NCBI GenBank assembly: GCA_019828565.1
Contig: JAHDYR010000012.1
Location: forward strand, 1,483,780-1,547,779
Source: Carpediemonas membranifera BICM
Taxonomy: Eukaryota > Protista > Fornicata
DNA: 64,000 bases
Direction: 5' to 3'
The position numbers and the translations under genes were made by a program. Below the pieces are notes generated by a model. It was given only the letters and a program-made list of their open reading frames with translations, was not told where the DNA came from and ran no database searches. Shown here one piece after another: positions 1 through 13,167 of this stretch. Within the stretch, counting starts at the first letter, position 1, and each line of letters begins with the position of its first letter.

Positions 1-179
1 CCCTATTTACTCGCCGATGAGCAAAGTAATGCTCGACAAAGATGTAAGATATGCGTTATTCATCTATAAAGCACCTGCTGTAGTATTTAAATCGGCTTCA
101 GGGGTTCTAGTTTCGGATATCGCCATTTTCACTTCCTCACGATTTCCTCAGGCATCGAAACCCCGTTTTTAACAGTATG
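1..179. mobile_element. Right end (TIR) of a second copy of the CATAC-terminated DNA transposon, inserted in the RNase H region of LTR element A
   Basis: 1-179 matches 11202-11380 except for one substitution and ends ...GTTTTTAACAGTATG; it interrupts the minus-strand RNase H frame after WRLRLAEYDY. Confidence 0.9.
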
Positions 180-410
180 TAATCGTACTCCGCGAGGCGA
201 AGGCGCCAGCGGACGATCTTTGCAGATGTCGAGGTGCGTAGGTAGACCAGATTCCGGTGATCGGTCTCGACACGGAACCGGTGTCCTAGGATGAAGTGCT
301 CGAACGACGTGATTGTGTGGTAGATGCCGTATAGCTCTTGCTCTATCGTTGACCAGCGCGACTCGGTGTCCGTAAACCGGCGGCTGCAGAACGCCACGAT
401 CTGCTCCTGA
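180..410 (-). pseudogene. Ty3/Gypsy RNase H fragment, probably the continuation of element A pol
   Basis: VAFCSRRFTDTESRWSTIEQELYGI...ETDHRNL...RWRLRLAEYDY motifs. Confidence 0.85.
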
Positions 411-1395
411 CATGTTGTCTGGAGGGGGTGTAATACAGCTACTCAAGCAAAGAAAAGTAGCAGTATACTGCCACCTTTTTCTGAGAAGGCCAAAACTTCG
501 AGCCCTCATATTTTTGTATTGGGCTAGAGCTGTACAGCAAAATTTACTGGGCGGATGTTTGCATCCAAGGGCTACCTAAGGGACGTTAAATCTCGAGATC
601 TATATTAAATATTTACTCAATATTTACCGCAAACTTTTTTAGGATAGTTCCGACCATGTTAAGCCACGCTATGCGTTTTTATTGCGTGGCTGGGTCTGTA
701 CCAAATGATATATGCTCCAGAAGTTGCAAAAATCGCAAAAGAAGTTTGTCTGTTCTCGAAATTGCTGATTGCCAACGGCAAACCAGAACCACCACGTTGT
801 AGTATAGCACGTGTACTACAGCCTGGCATGTCTGGTCTAGCGTTGGCAATCAGCAATTTGGAGAAATGGACGTGTCAAATTTTTGACATTCCGGAAAAGC
901 CGAACATGGCCAGAACTGAATATAACTCAATAGATCGCTACGGTTTACTGTGAATCACTGTACTCTTCTGAACTTGATGGCGGAATCCCGCATTTGGCCC
1001 TTTCTTGCTCTATATTGAGTAAGTCCTTCGCTCTTGCTAATCTATCCATTCCAGCACGCTCTGCTACCGCCCACAGTCCTGGATGCGCTAATATTGCATC
1101 AATTGCAGCTATAACGGTTCCTATCTCTTCGTAATAGTCTCTATACCTGTAGGATTCCATTTCCAACTTAAAACTGCACTCAGTTTTTTTACACCCCCAC
1201 AAAAGGGGGGCAGTATGGTAGAAGACCAGGAGCGGCTTTCAAGAGATACTGTGCGTGATATTGTGCACAATCATCGCAACATGCTATCGTTGGGAAGAGA
1301 GAAGCACGAAATGCGATTGTCGCTCCATCGCGGATGCCATCCTTGCAATCCTCCCAAAAACTATTCTAGAGCGCATGCCGCGCAAGTAGGACTTC

Positions 1396-2158
1396 ATGAG
1401 GTCAGTACCCAAGGCTATCGAGAACCTTGCTGGCCGCAAACTCTCTCCTAACACGAAGGGCATCTACCAAGGAATTCACGCGACAGATACAGGGCGTGCC
1501 GCATTGATAGCCGGACTCAGCCAGCTTGTAACCCTCACTGACGCTGAAATTGATCATTTGCGAAATTCCAAGCTCGACAGCTCCCAAAGAGCCTTCCGGG
1601 TGTGCCAGCCGCGCCGCAATCCTGCCGTCCCCACCCCCCACCCCACTGTTCAGACTGCTGAGCAGCCCACTATGTCCGTTGACTCCACGCGTGCAATGCA
1701 AGCTTCGTCAGTCAACGGTGCCAACGTCGCTGAGATGATTGAGGCCATGAACCACATGACTGAGCAGTTTAGGAACACGAACCCAGGCGCTTCCGACGCG
1801 GAATACTTCATGGGCAGCACTGCCAAGATGTGGAAGAACAGCCTCCGCAAGTGTTGCCCTTACTGCGCAGACTTACGTGGCCTCTTCTTCGTTGACGGTA
1901 GAACAGACGAAACTGTCTTAGAGTGCGACTTCTGCCACAGGTTCGTCCACAGAATCTGTGAGGTGTCGCGGGGCTAGTTCCGACACAGAGGATGATAGCT
2001 TTTCGACGGTCACTCGCAAGGACAAGAACAACAATGACAAGACGTTCACCGTCTGTGAGCTCTGTTCAAACGCTGAGAAGCAGACTATATGCATGAAGGG
2101 AGGCTGTGAGACTGATATCAGCGTTTTCGCGGCCCTTTGCCCATCATTCGTCGTCTGA
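1396..2158 (+). CDS. PHD-finger protein, split by a single frameshift near 1970
   Basis: CPYC...ECDFCHRFVHRIC (C-x2-C-x4-H-x2-C) in the first frame and the closing VCELC in the next frame; removing one G from the GGGG run joins them. Confidence 0.55.
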
Positions 2159-2402
2159 ATTTTTTCGTGCAGAATTCAGACGAGTGTCGCCTGGCAGAGG
2201 CTGAGCAGCGGAGCTTAGTCCCTGTGGCACCACTCGTCTGGCCCAGCTCCCGGGCATGCTCACGAAAATACAGGTGCAGATTTGGGAGCAGAATGATCGA
2301 CGAACCCCGAAAACGCCATAACCGGCACCAGTGAGCGCATCTTCGTTGATGAAGCTCATTGGTGCTGGTAATATGGCGTTTTCGGGGTTCAAATACTGTA
2401 CT

Positions 2403-2448
2403 CCTCATCCCTGGCGCCCTCATCCTGGCGCCTCATCCCTGGCGCCCA
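2403..2448. repeat. Short tandem repeat, about 3 copies of CCTCATCCCTGGCGC
   Basis: directly visible. Confidence 0.8.
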
Positions 2449-3285
2449 CACAGCACCCCTACGCCAGCGCCATCAATCCCCAACGGCACAGTAAACAGAA
2501 AATGCACTTTATGCTCTTACACCATGGCGTTTGGAGACGAAAACGAACACCCATGGTACCTGCAGGTAAGGTAAGGTAAGGTAATTTCCGGTGATCGCGT
2601 TCGTTGCAAGTAATCACCATCATTGATCGCAACAGGCCGGGCACGGAGGCAGGCCCAAGTGATCCAGGGGCTGGTTGATCTTGCAGATCGTTTGGGAGAG
2701 GTGGTTGGACGCGAGGAGTTAAAGATCGCACAACATGTGTCAAATCCGGCAAATCGATATCGTGTAAAAAAATGGACAGAGGGGAAGAAGCGACCCATAG
2801 GACATACCAGTGGACCACTTCCTCCCCTCTGTCCATTAGCATTGTAGTGTTGCAGCGTTCCGCCACCCTTTTCCGAGAAGGCCAAAACTTCGAGCCCTCA
2901 AGTTTTTGTATTGGGCTAGAGCTGTTCAGTGATGGGCAGCCCAGTGACTGTGTCGGCATATATAGAGATATCAGTGCAAGCCCCAATACAGCCCCTTAAC
3001 TTTTTTCTTGCAAGCTGGGATTGGGAGCAATTGATATCTCCGTGGATAAACGATCTATACCCATTTTACTTGCAGTTCTGATGTTTTGATCAGTATTTGG
3101 ATGAATTGTGTGGAAATCACCGCTATAAGTGCGTTATCCTCAAAGAAAAGCGTTTGGGATCAATAATCCATTTCAGGAACCAAGAACTTCTCATTGACGG
3201 TGCATTACTATATTAAAGACCTTATGATGTGTCTATCTCTCCCAATCATCCTCGTTTCCCGGATCTCGTTTTGGTTTCCATTTGA

Positions 3286-5411
3286 TTTGATCAAGGTTTG
3301 ACGGAACGGTCATTGAGCCGAGGGCTTCCTTGCGCCAGCTGGAGATGCTGATGCCCTGTGAGCAGACCGTGTGGCCGACGAACTCGAGCTCGGTGCGGAG
3401 GAAGACGCACTTGCTCAGCTTCAGGCGTAAGTTGTGGGCGCGGACGAGTTCGAAGACCTGATGCAGAAGGGAGTTGTGGCCCTCGATCGTAGACGCGTGT
3501 ACGATGACATCATCAAGGTAGCACTCGACCCCGCGGCCCAATAGTGGAGCTAAGATCCGCATCATGCCTCGCTGGAAGTAGGAAGGCGCGTTCTTGAGAC
3601 CGAAGGGGACTCTAACGAACTCGTACAGGCCGTTGTGCGTGGCAAATGCAGTCCGAGGAACAGCTGTTGCGTCGAGGGGGAACTGGTGGTAGCCACTGCG
3701 CAGGTCAAGCGTGGTGAAGTACTTGCTGCCATTCAGGCGAGACAAGATGGACTTAATGTTCTGCAGGGGGAATCGGAAGTCGCGGCTGACTGAGTTGAGG
3801 AGGCGGTAGTCTACGACCATCCTATGTTCACCGTTCGTCTTTGGCACGACGAAGCAAGGGGCGGAGTAAGCCGACTCCGATAGGCGGATGATGCCAGCCT
3901 CAAGGAGGGCCTCGACCTCTCGATCGATGACCTCAGTCATGGCCGGGGAGAGCCGGCGAGGGGGAACGTGGGTCGGAGTTTCGTCCGTGACGGCGATCTC
4001 CATAGGCTGAACCTTGGCAGGCTCACGAGGGATGGGACCGAAGATGTCTTCGAACTCGCGAGCGAGGGCTGCGACGTTTTCATCGAGCTCGATCTGGCCA
4101 TCTTCGTCAAGGGGTGTAACCTCGCCGAGGTCCTGAGGCTCAGTCGCGGGAGGAGCCAGTAGGTTGAACGTTTGGATCACGTCGAACCCAAGGATGAGGG
4201 GCTCACCGGTGTTGAGGACGTGGGCGCTGATAGTACCTCCGACTGAGTGGGGAGACCTGTTGACCTTGATGTCAAGGAGCGTGCGATGGGCAGACGTGGC
4301 GATGCCATTGGCCGTGCTTATCTTGAGCTCATCAGGGATCATGACCAGGCCCAGAGACTTGGCCAGCACTGGGCTGATGAAGGATGAGGAGGCGCCTGTG
4401 TCGACCAGGGCGTCGACGCGGTCGGTGCTCTGGGGAGCAGGGGAGCCGACGGGCGCGAAGGCTCGTACGTTGGTGCTGAGGCGCATGACTGGTCCGCTTG
4501 TTGCCATCTTCAGAGAGATGGGCGTCGTCCGGCGGCCCGTAGCGAAGAAGCCGGGCTTGGACTTGTTGGGGCAGTCAGGCCTAAGGTGGCCGGAGAGGCC
4601 GCATCCATGGCAGACAGGCTGCGGCTTGGCAGGGGGTACCGGCAGGCTTATGGTTGTCTGGTTTGTTGGATGGGAAGTGGGGAGCAGGCGCTGCGGTAGC
4701 GTGAGGACGAGTGGGGTGGAAGCTCGGAGGCGGACGTGTGGCCTGAGGGCGCGGGACCTCGGGCTGACCGAACTCGGCGATGGTGCGCTTGGCCTCAGCC
4801 AAGGTCTCGACCTCTTGGAAGGCGGCACGCTTGGCGTCGGCGAGCGTCTCAGGTTCGGAGGCCTTGACCCGGCGGCGCAGTGAATCTGGGGACAGTCCGC
4901 GGATGAAAGTGCGGCGTAGTGTCTTCTCGTCGGGGAGGTAAGTGGAACAGAGGTCCTCGACGCGGTCGAACCTGTCGAGGTAGGCGAGCAGAGCGCTGTT
5001 GCTGGCCGTCGTGGAGGACATGGCGGTTGCTTCCAGCTTATACAGAACGGCCTGAGTGCTCTTGGGAGCGAAGAAAGCGGAGTAGATCACCGACAGGACG
5101 TTTTCATCTGGAAGGTCGTCAAAGTTGTCAATGCGAAGGCGGATCAGGCGTAAAACACGGCTGGAAATGAGCATACGGACAGATAGTGCTCTGTCGTCGG
5201 GAACTTGGGCGGAATAGGCCTCGAACTTGTCGTTGAAGCTGCAGAAGGCCGTTTCGGAACGAATGTCGTTGAGAAAAGGGGCTGAAATCGTTTGATAGTC
5301 CATGGCGGTGAGTAAGCTTACTGTGGCCAAATAAAGAGAACTAATGACGAAGTGAGGTTTATTCGAAACCCGATCAAGGGCAAAAATGGTTATAACTAAA
5401 ATTGCCCAACA
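3286..5411 (-). mobile_element. Ty3/Gypsy LTR retrotransposon A: 5' LTR 5322-5411, gag (ATG 5303), zinc knuckle, protease, RT; disrupted, 3' end lies outside the window
   Basis: CHGCGLSGHLRPDC knuckle, LVDTGAS protease, LDLRSGYHQ/PFGLKNAP/YLDD RT; TG...CA LTR; gag/pol frame change in a C homopolymer near 4635. Confidence 0.92.
5311..5322 (-). promoter_or_regulatory. Palindromic PBS-position motif AGTAAGCTTACT (element A)
   Basis: perfect palindrome starting on the last base of the 5' LTR. Confidence 0.85.
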
Positions 5412-5562
5412 GGGCGGGACCTCCTGCGGTGTCTAGATCGACATCCTGTCACGTTGTGTTAGCTGTCCCAATCAGTTCTTTTATGATTGGTCAATGATCG
5501 TCAAAGTCAATTTAAAGTTAGTTCATCGTTTCCCTTCGGTGTTCCTGTCCCCTGCCCGTCAC

Positions 5563-5574
5563 AGTTATATAACT
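5563..5574 (+). promoter_or_regulatory. Palindromic PBS-position motif AGTTATATAACT (element B)
   Basis: perfect palindrome starting on the last base of the 5' LTR; absent after the 3' LTR. Confidence 0.85.
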
Positions 5575-7611
5575 TTCGATTAAGGCTACTTTCCCGATGA
5601 ACATTGACGCCCTGTCTAACTTTTTGGCCCCATGGTTGAATTCGGCTAAGCCGAAATCATGGTACTCGTTCCGAGACAATTACCGTTCTTTTAACGCCCG
5701 CACGAACTCCGAAATTCCGATCTTCAGTCTCATTAGCCCCATTGTTATTCAGCTCCTGGAGCTGAGTGATCCTGAGCTCCATGCCTTTATCGCAGAAGCG
5801 CGCGCGGCACTTGAATCTCCTCGTGTGCCTGAAGTGGCCGAGGAGAATGTAGGCCAGATCGCTATGGTCGCCGCCGCGCCTGCAGAAGAAGAAGAGGACG
5901 AAGACACGTCTGACGACTCCGACTCATCCTCTTCCGATGATGACAATGAGCTGGCTCCCCCTCCCGAAGACTGGAATGAGGCTTTTATTGATCGCGTGAA
6001 CCGCATCTTCGCCCCCCTTGATAAGCAAGATGCTCTCGACCGGTTCGACGATATCAAGTTCCCCGACGGTAACCTCTACGAGTCCATGCTAACCTATGTG
6101 TTCCTTTACTCGCGGATGATTATGAACTGCGCGCATGTCCGTCCGAAGGAGTCTTCGTTAGTTCAGAAGTTCCTGACCAACGTGCGCGGAGACCGTCTAC
6201 GTGAGCGCTGCGCCACCTACAAGGACAAGCGATCGTTTGAACGAACGGCTCAGGCAGCTATTGCGCAAGCCAGAAAGGCTGAGCAAGCGGAGAGAGAAGG
6301 TCGCCGGTCCAAGAGTAAAGGGCAGGCATACGTTGACTTTCTCCTCGCAGCTCTGACCCAAGGTAAGCCTAGCCAAGCCTCTGCTCGTCCCCTGTTCCCG
6401 ATCCGCCTCCTGCAGTGCCCCTCATCTGCGTTGTACGACACTGGCGCCACGGCCAACTTTATCTCAGAAGAGCTAGCTTCCTCGCTGCCCATTGAGCCTT
6501 CACTCGAGTCCCATCAGGTCCAGTTGTTCACTGGACAGAAGGTTAATACGACCCATGTAATGACGGCTGACTGTGAGTTCCCCTCCGCCACTGGCCACAA
6601 GCTCACGATCAAGACAAAGTTCATTATCATGCGCGAAAAGCTCCCAGCTCCTACAGTCATTGGGTTCCCCTTGCTCGTGTCCGCCGGATTGATCCAATTC
6701 CCCGCTGACGACCTCATTGTGGAGGTTGGGGATGATTACGACGACATGTTCGATGTGGATGCCCTACATGACGCAACTGAGACCACCACACCTACGATCA
6801 TGAAGTTCGAGGAGCAGATATCGCGAATCTTGCAAGATCTACCTGGCCTCTTCGAGGAAGATCTGTCCGTGACATCAACTCTGCCCCCCTTCAAGGTCAA
6901 GACCGAAGACCCAGACAAAGTCATTAACGTCTACCCCTACCGCTATTCCACACCTGTACGGACCGAGATTGTGCGCCAAGTCCATGAACTAGAGGCCCAG
7001 GGTATCATCCGGAGATCCACATCGGCATTCAACAACCCGATAGTCATGGCTAAGAAGCGGGGCGGAGCCCTACGACTATGCCTAGATTTCCGAGCCCTCA
7101 ATCTCATCACCTCGCCCGACAGTCACCCCCTGCCACTGATAGACAACCTCCTGGATCACCTCGAGGGAGCAAAATTCTTCGCGGCTTTAGACCTGAAATC
7201 GGCTTTTCATCAAGTTCCCATGGCTAGTGATAGTTGCAAGTATACTGCCTTCACAGTGGATGGCCTGGGGAAATTTGAGTACTGCCGCATGCCGTTTGGA
7301 ATGAAGAATGCCCCTATCCAGTGTCAACGGGCTCTCGAAGCCGTTCTCAGTGACAGCCTGTACACTCAGGCCTTAGCGTACGTGGACGACGTCATCATAT
7401 ATGGGAAGGATAGGAACACCTTCTTGAAGAACCTCCGGGACGTTCTGCACAAGCTTCACGCGGCGGGTCTCCGCCTTAACGCTGCCAAGACAGTCCTCGG
7501 TGTCGAATAAATCGACTACTTAGGATGGAGACTCAATGCACGAGGCCGCAGGATCGCTCCTGATCGCCTCCAGGCGATTCGCGACATCAAGCCCCCCACC
7601 AACCTGACTGA

Positions 7612-10600
7612 CATACTGTTAAAAACGGGGTTTCGATGCCTGAGGAAATCATGAGGAAGTCCGTTTTCACGAAAAAAAATGGTGAAAACATTAGATTCGG
7701 TAAAATCTTTTCACCATTTTCACAAGGCGCAAGAACACGAAAGAGATGGCACTGAACACCCCTGGATGTACAGGACATCACTATACATGCTTTCCATGCA
7801 TCTGTGAGCTTCTGCATTTTTCACACATTTTCACGAAATGCTTCTCTGCACTGAGACTACTGTTCGCCAAGAGAATCACTGAGGTTGTCGATAAATGCTA
7901 TCCATAAGCTACTCCTGTCTTTATTTCCGCTGCTGCTTCCCTCGTAGCGACGCACAGGTAGCTGTCGCAAAATGCACTTTAAGACCGTATTTCGCACAGC
8001 TACCTGTGCATGGTGTTTGAGCTTGATTGAAAGGCACTGAACAATACAGGGCTACTCTGCAGGTAACAGTAAGCAATACTTGAGCGACTTTGGGCCTCGA
8101 AAGTGGTAGGATCTCATCAATGTTTATGACCCACCCTCGCATCATCCTGATCAGAACTTCACGCTTACTCACATGCTCAAATACTATCCATATGTCCTCC
8201 CTGTCACCGATGTAGTCGTTGTCGACCGTGTCTCAGCCTGGATACTCCTCCTGTCGACCGCACTGTCGTCTCCAACGTCTGTTAGGTCGACCCTGGTGTC
8301 CAACTCAGTTATATTAGTCATCTAATGCAGGCTAAATTCGTCATACATGACCACGGAGTTGTTCAATGCGACTTCAAGTCTCACAATTTTCTTTTCCGCT
8401 CTGAACAGAATGTATAGGTGACTGAATATGGCTCAGCGATGGCTAGAATCACAACTAATTGTCCTCTCTGACTCTTTAAAAGCTATTCGAGTGTGTCAGA
8501 TCATTCTAATCTTTCCAGTCGCGCCATAATGTTAAACAGAAAGCCCAATCTCGCGATTGAATACGCATAGTCGACGCAGAGAAGCATTGTATAGCCAAGA
8601 ACGCCTTCTTGAACATGACAGTATTGTTGACGTGACTCCAACATTAGTCCTCGGATTGATATTATGTCGAGACAGGAAGATGGGAGGGATGCACCACGAC
8701 TCATGAGACTAAATGTCTCCCAAACCATCTCCTAAACCATTTGATGTAGTGTGATTGAACTTGTACTGTGTTTACCTTGAAGTGCGCCCCATGTATTTTT
8801 TTGTTTACGTATATCAACATAAATACGCCAATTCATTATCGTAAAATTGCTAGGCCCGGGTCAGCACAGTCTAAGGACCCACCATACCGCTTTTCAGGCA
8901 GAAGTAGTCTGAACTCTAATTTTGCTTTACGTATATCTCAGTAAATAGACTCGAACGATATGTAAACACCTCGCAGCAGCCATAAAGACCCAATAGCTAC
9001 CCCTTGGCCGATTTTCAGCTCATTCTGCACCTGCGCTGTTTTGGCCGTTTTTCGATGGGCATCTCATCGCTCCATTTTCGATTTTGTCAATTTGGTCCTC
9101 AGAGGACACAGATTAAATTTTTCAGTGTCCTCTGAGGACAACATTGACAGGATTGTAGCTTATCCAGAACTTGGAGGTGGCCAGAAACTGAAATCGCTGA
9201 AAAGCTCAGAGACGTCGTTATATCATCTATAACGGCATCTCTGAGCTTTTGGGCGCACGGTTTCATCCTGACGTGGAGATCGATGCTTGTGAAAATGAAG
9301 AATCGACTAGGAGAGCTCTACGCTTGCATGCAGCCTTCTATTAGGTTGTTGATGTTGGTTATATGCTTCTTTTTCGTTCTCGATGTATCTGGATGGAAGT
9401 TCTTTCACAAACTGCATTTGGCTGAATTGATGTTGGTTATTGATGATAAAGGCACCAGAATGGCTCATATGCATGCTATAAACCCGTTCTGTGCCGTTGG
9501 AATAGCGTTATTCGATAGTCGGTAGCACTTGTTGTTCGTTTCACTCGTTGCAATCATTAAAGTGCACAACGAGAACTGATAAATCCTGGCCCATCTGTGC
9601 ATGTGACAGCAACAAGGGGTCTCGGGGTAAGAGCAGGAACAAGAATTGGGAACAGCGAATTCCAGGCTGCCTGTCAACGAGCTAAGAACTGACCCCAGCC
9701 AGGTGAAACAAATGGAACTTCTCAGAATGTCATAATATTCGCTGCTGTATGAGACTCACTGCCTCCCCTGCTCACCCAATTAGCGATATAGGGATTTAGG
9801 GATGTGCAGTGCAAGGACCGTGATAAATGCGGACGCAGAAGAGGCAGACCTAGCACTTGTGGGGAACACTCACACCCCCGCTAAATCACACGCAAGGTCA
9901 CCGGAGAAGACACAAGCCTCATAAAGTCCACAGGTATGAACTTTTGAGGTCATAACTCTATGCTCTATGGCGGGTGCAATTGTGATAGGAAGTGCGTTGA
10001 ATGCAAGTTGGAGGTCTAATGCGCTCTAGAGTCTTCTTCTGGTCATCATTCAGCGGATGAGGTAGCGCCCAGGCCGGGTGGAGAGTGGCGAAAATGGTCA
10101 TTCACGAGCTTTGGCAGTTACCCGCGTCTCTCGGCTGTGGGATAATGGGATACCGGACCTGTCCATGACCGAACACCAATCGACCTAAAATTGTATTTAA
10201 TGCGAAAAAATTTTTACGATGGTGTCTCTGACCTCCTGCCATGATACAGGTGCGAGAGGTACAAAGTTACTTTTTTTGATGTTTTTCTCCCGAGACCATT
10301 TTGTGCCACCAAGAAAAAAAAAGTGGCACAAATGAGTTTGAAGTTTGTGTGCTGCAGAACTACATTCTGAGGTGTTCAGGGGATGTGTATAGTGTCTAAT
10401 AAAGTACCCAGTGCAAACCACCAGCGGCATGATCATCACAATAGCGATTACGAACTGTGAAATTTCACATTTTCACATTTCACGGAATTTTCACGAAACG
10501 CGATTACTGCGATTGCGACATCTTGGAGCTGAAAAGCGGCAGAAATGCCTGTAACAAGGATCTATAACATATCTTGAAGTTAGACTGCTGATAGCTAGTC

Positions 10601-11380
10601 TCGTTGTCGAGTTCTGAGCTTGCACAAAAAAGTTGAATCTGAATTTCACGGTCAATATTGACCTAGATCGCGAAAGTGAAGGTGTAAGAAAAGGCTAACT
10701 CACCAACGAGAGCAGCTAGAGGAAAATGGTAAAGGGTTTTGCAATCTGCATCCCCTGAGGAGTTCAGTTTCACACAGAAGAGGATTTGAGAAAGCTCCCC
10801 TTTCACAACGTCTTTGGGCACCTTCGACAGCGTTGATAAAGATGAAGCATACCATTAGCCCTTATAGGCTATGATACACATCTACTGTTGGCGAAATGTT
10901 CTGCAATGTTGTCATCGACGAGATATGGTACCACATTTTTTATATCTCAAGATTGATGAGGTGCAATCACTAACCGAGCATAGAAGGGTGCTGTATGAAG
11001 GTCATATAGCACCCCAGTATGTTCAGTTAGAGATTGCACCTCGCCAATCCCGAGATCGTGTGATTGAATCAATAGAACCCAGCGACGAAGACATCGCTGA
11101 GAGCTGAAACCAAGAGAGGATGTATAAACAGTAGTACTGAGCTTGCTTACGGACCAGCTTGTCATGTCGACCACTTTTCACCAACTACATAAAATGCGTT
11201 TCCCTATTTACTCGCCGATGAGCAAAGTAATGCTCGACAAAGATGTAAGATATGCGTTATTCATCTATAAAGCACCTGCTGTAGTATTTAAATCGGCTTC
11301 AGGGGTTCTAGTTTCGGATATCGCCATTTTCACTTCCTCACGACTTCCTCAGGCATCGAAACCCCGTTTTTAACAGTATG
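7612..11380. mobile_element. 3,769-bp apparently non-autonomous DNA transposon with 49-bp TIRs (CATACTGTTAAAAACGGGG...) and a 2-bp TSD (GA)
   Basis: TIRs 7612-7660 and 11332-11380 with 2 mismatches; removing the element and one GA restores the RT thumb motif PPTNLTEARSVLG; internal TTTTCAC repeats; no long ORF. Confidence 0.88.
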
Positions 11381-13082
11381 GAAGCCCGCTCGGTGCTAGG
11401 CCTGGCAAACTACTTCCGCCCCATCATCGAGAGGTATGCCGACATCACAGAGCCAATCACTGTGCTCACCAGAGCCACTGCAGGCCCCTTCGCCTGGTGT
11501 TCCAGTCAACAAAGAGCCCTTGAGGCAGTCAAGACAGAGTTACTAACGGAAAGGGTGCTACGACACCCACAACCTGATGAGACACTCCATCTGTACACCG
11601 ACGCCTCGGACGTCGCCGTTGGCGGCATGCTCGCGAACGAGGAAGGGCACCCCATCGCCTTCTTCTCCCACACTTTGAACCCAACCCAGCGCCGCTGGTC
11701 CACCACTGAACAGGAATGTTACGGTCTTTACTTTGGAATGACGAAGATGAAGCGATATCTCGCCGGACGCCACTTCGTAACACATACTGACCACCGCAAC
11801 CTGTTATTTGCCCACAAATCCACCAACACCAAAGTCATTCGCTGGCGACTAGCGATGAATGAGTTCGACTTCGACCTCGTCCATATCCCTGGTCAAGAGA
11901 ACACCGTCGCTGACACGCTATCTCGCCTAGTCCATGTGAGCACTGCAGAAGCATCGCTCAACAAGCGCGAGACGTTCAAGGCACACCATGGCGGTTCAGC
12001 AGGACACCTCGGTGTTCGCGCCACCTGCCGTCGCATCGCGAATGCGGGACAATCTTGGCCGGGTCTCCACAAAGACGTCCAACAATGGGTAAGTGAGTGC
12101 CCAGTCTGTCAGCTCACCCGTCTGAACGTTCAACCCGTCGGCCAGCACCCGCATGCATTGGCTGGGACATACCCCTTCCAAGTGGTACAAATGGACCACA
12201 TTGGTCCGCTAGATGGTCACCCCTCACTCCGGCACGCACTAGTCGTAGTTGACACATTCTCTAAGCTCACCCAAGTGTACCCGACACAGTCGACCTCGAC
12301 AGCAGAGGTCATCAACTCTTTAGAACACTGGATCAAACACTATGGAATACCCGAAGCTATCGTCTCTGACAACGCATCCGGATTCTATTCCCAGGCATTC
12401 AAGTCATTCGTGGCCGAGAATGGCATTAGGCATGAACTCGGTACAGCTTATCACCCGGCAGGCCGTGGTGTAGTTGAAAGACGCAACGCCGAGATCAAGC
12501 GCCATTTGAAGGCTTTACCCTTGAATCAGGCAGGAGCTGGCCTGAGGAAGTCCCCAACACAGTGATTCTGCTCAACGACATCCCCTATGAGTACAGCGGC
12601 CTTTCGGCCAATGCAGCTCTCTTCGGTAAGCAGCTCCACACGACCAACAACGCGACCGATGACTCCCCTATTTCCCTCGAGCACTTCCGCTCATCCCTCC
12701 TCGCCCTTCAGGCCCACCAAGGATCAGCAGTGTCACGCGAGCCCCCTTCGGAGACGCACGCACCAATCGTTGGCGCAGCGGTTCTACTCCGGCGAGACAC
12801 GCCCGTTGGCCCTATCATCCGAGGCCCTATGCGAGTCCTCTCACCTGGCGACCACCCTAAAGTCTACACCCTCAAGGACCTGACAACTCTTGCAACCGTC
12901 ACAGCGCACGCAGACTCTCTTTATACGTTTAAGGGGTCATATACAGATGCTGAGCTGCAACGATGGGCCGCCCGCCTGCACAACGAGTATGTCGTCCGAG
13001 GAGTTGACGCCCACCGCTGCAGGCAGAGGAACCTCCAATTCCACGTGCTCTGGCACGGCTACGACGATAGTGAGGCAACTTG

Positions 13083-13167
13083 TGTAGTCTTGGAAGAGAT
13101 AGGTTTTACAAGTAAAAAGAGGTTTGGACCCTCCCGGGGATATTGGTAGATATTAATATTGACTACA
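13083..13167 (-). mobile_element. Solo LTR (85 bp) related to the LTR of element I; 4-bp TSD CTTG; splits the chromodomain of element B
   Basis: TGTAGTC...GACTACA termini; reverse complement closely matches 58896-58979; removal restores SEATWEPY. Confidence 0.92.

Larger units (their letters stand above)
411..3285. other. Unclassified ~2.9-kb sequence replacing the RT-thumb/RNase H connection of element A; contains a PHD-finger ORF, 68-bp direct repeats and a long hairpin
   Basis: pol frame breaks after PSNLDQ (~3285) and resumes at QEQIVAFCS (~410); direct repeats at 470-537 and 2862-2929; boundaries approximate. Confidence 0.55.

Noticed and set aside
7614-11378. Tc1/mariner assignment based on apparent TA flanks
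   Set aside because: Removing the element with a TA duplication does not restore the host RT frame; CATAC termini with a GA duplication do.
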